From NCBI RefSeq assembly GCF_046119375.1, contig NW_027362768.1, positions 119,350,001 to 119,414,000 on the forward strand: a stretch of DNA of 64,000 bases, read 5' to 3'. The notes under the pieces were generated by a model. That model was not told the DNA's origin, did not search any database, and worked only from the letters and a program-made list of their open reading frames with translations. The stretch is from Phyllobates terribilis. Lineage: Eukaryota. Positions 62,001-64,000 of this stretch are shown piece after piece; the first letter of the stretch is position 1; every line of letters begins with the position of its first letter. A program made the position numbers and the translations under genes.

Positions 62001-64000
62001 CGGAAATGGCGTGTTCATAGAAGCGCCATCTTCTGGCGCTGTACCCAACTCATCCAGGGCCCTGGTGCGGTGGCTCACTGGGTAATAAAGGGGTTAGGGC
62101 CAGCTTGGCATTATCAGCTGGCCCTAAGCCCGAAATTCATGGGGTCACGCCAATATTAGACATGACCACCATGAATTTCTAGTAAAGTATTTAAAAAAAA
62201 CACAACACCCAGAAAAAAGTCCTTTAATTGAAATAAACACACAATTCTATATTGTTCTAAATTAAACCATACTTACCATCACGCCCATTCCAGCTGAAGC
62301 CAACGATCTCCTGCAGTAAAAGAAAAATAATAAAGCAACATCATCCTTACCTTTCCATGGTCCCCAGGACAGCTTCAGCTCTGCTACATCGAGATGACAG
62401 GCTGGACCGCGGCAGAAAGCTGCCATCCAGCCTGTCATCCCGCAGACACTGAGAAGCGCAGGCTTGCTTGCTCTCCTCAGTGTCTGGCTGTGACGGCATC
62501 CAGATGAGCCGAGTTCATGTCCAATGAACTCAGCTCACTTCATGCGCGTCACTGACAGCGTGGGAAAATTCTCCTGCACTCAGCGCTTCAGCATGAGAAT
62601 TTTCCCACGCTGTCAGTGACGTGCATGAGGTGAGTTCATGTCCAATGATCTCAGCTCACCTCATGCACGTCACTGACAGCGTGGGAGAATTCTCACGCTG
62701 AAGCGCTGAGTGCAGGAGAATTTTCCCACGCTGTCAGTGACGTGCCTGAGGTGAGCCGAGTTCATTGGACATGAACTCGGCTCATCTTTATGCCGTCACA
62801 GCGAGACACTGAGGAGCGCAAGCATGCCTGCGCTTCTCAGTGTGTGCGGCATGGCAAGCTGGATGTCAGCGTTCTGCTGCGATCCAGCCTGTTATGTGAA
62901 TGTAGCAGAGCTGAAGCCGTCGTGGGAACCATGGAAAGGTAAGGATGATGTTGCTTTATTATTTAACTTTTATTGCAGGAGATCGTTGGCTTCAGCTGGA
63001 ATGGGCGTGACGGCAAGTATGGTTTAATTTAGAACAATAAAGAATTGTGTCTTTATTTCAATTAAAGGACTTTATTCTGGGTGTTTGTGTATTTTTTTAA
63101 CTTTGACTATGGGGTTAGTAATGGGGGTGTCTTGTAGACGCCTCTCCATTACTAACCTGGGCTTGATGTCAGCTGGCATTATAAGCTGACATCAACCCCA
63201 GCCCTATTACCCCACTGCCACCGCTACAGGGCAGTGGGAAGAGCGAGGCTAAGTGCCAGAATTGGCGCATCCTACGGATGCGCCATTTCTGGGGCGGCTG
63301 ACGGCTGGTGTTTCTAGCCTGGGAGGGGGCCAATATTCATGGCACCCTTCCTGGGCTATTAATATCAGCCCCCAGCTGTCTGCCTAGCCTTTGCTAGCTA
63401 TTAAAATAGGGGGGACCCCACGTCATTTTTTTGAGGGGTCCCCCATTTTAATAGCTAGTAAAGGCTAGGTATTCAGCTGGGGGCTGATATTAGTAGCCTG
63501 GGAAGCTCCGTGGGTATTACCCCCTTCCCAGGCTTCAAACATCTGCCCCAGCCGTCTGCTTAACCTCCGCTAGAGCCTAAAATTATGGGGGACCGCACGC
63601 CAATTTTTTATTAAATAAATCCTTTATTTTAACACTAAATGACAAGTACAGTAATCAACACTGTCACTGTACTTCATATATATGTGACTGACATGTTTCT
63701 TTCTATCTATTCTATGTGTGATTCTCTATTCCTTCTATTCTAAATTGTCGGGTACACCTGCTGAAATGCCGGCCGGCTTTTTTAAAGAGACGGTGCATGA
63801 AAACACTATTATTTTTTTTAATAAATCCTTTACACTAAATGACAAGTACTGTAATCAACATTGTCACTGTACTTCATATATATGTGACTGACATGTTTCT
63901 ATCTATCTAATCTATGTGTGATTCTCTATTCCTTCTATTCTAAATTGTCGGGTACCGCTGCTGAAATGCCGGCCGGCTTTTTTAAAGAGATGGTGCATGA
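59027..64000. repeat. Large foldback-like inverted-repeat element with nested palindromes, centre about 61675; right arm runs off the window
   Basis: ~200-bp tandem units at both outer ends in inverted orientation; 59626-60120 mirrors 63110-63601; 61160-61670 mirrors 61680-62190; blocks 60140-61150 and 62200-63085 are each self-palindromic. Confidence 0.88.

Noticed and set aside
59821-63420. Short ORFs such as MPALLSVCGMASW.. repeated in the palindrome
   Set aside because: They recur only because the DNA is repeated and have no domain signature

Overview
Eukaryotic, transposon-saturated vertebrate DNA, most likely from an anuran amphibian (inferred from the 18S fragment variant and the repeat families present). 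No host protein-coding gene could be supported, and there are no prokaryotic systems. The window is a stack of nested mobile elements whose insertion order can be read from target-site duplications (TSDs). A Tc1 element (8697-30351) is split by a hairpin hAT MITE (8805-9115) and a 20-kb hAT element (9124-29179), both bounded by the same 8-bp site ATCAGCAC. That hAT holds a second 10.7-kb hAT (9402-20087, TSD GTATTAAG) with an uninterrupted 1226-aa BED/DDE transposase ORF, a 14 x 110-bp array and decayed passengers (18S rDNA fragment, L1 RT piece split by a solo LTR, Tc1). Further along are a 6-kb palindrome of two head-to-head Penelope-like elements with hammerhead-like motifs, L2 and Tc1 copies, and a Ngaro-type tyrosine-recombinase retrotransposon (RT, RNase H, YR, SGNH) interrupted by a full-length chromodomain Gypsy element that appears self-priming. 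The window ends in a >5-kb hierarchical palindrome (palindromes nested inside palindromes). All coordinates were read by eye and may be off by a few bases.
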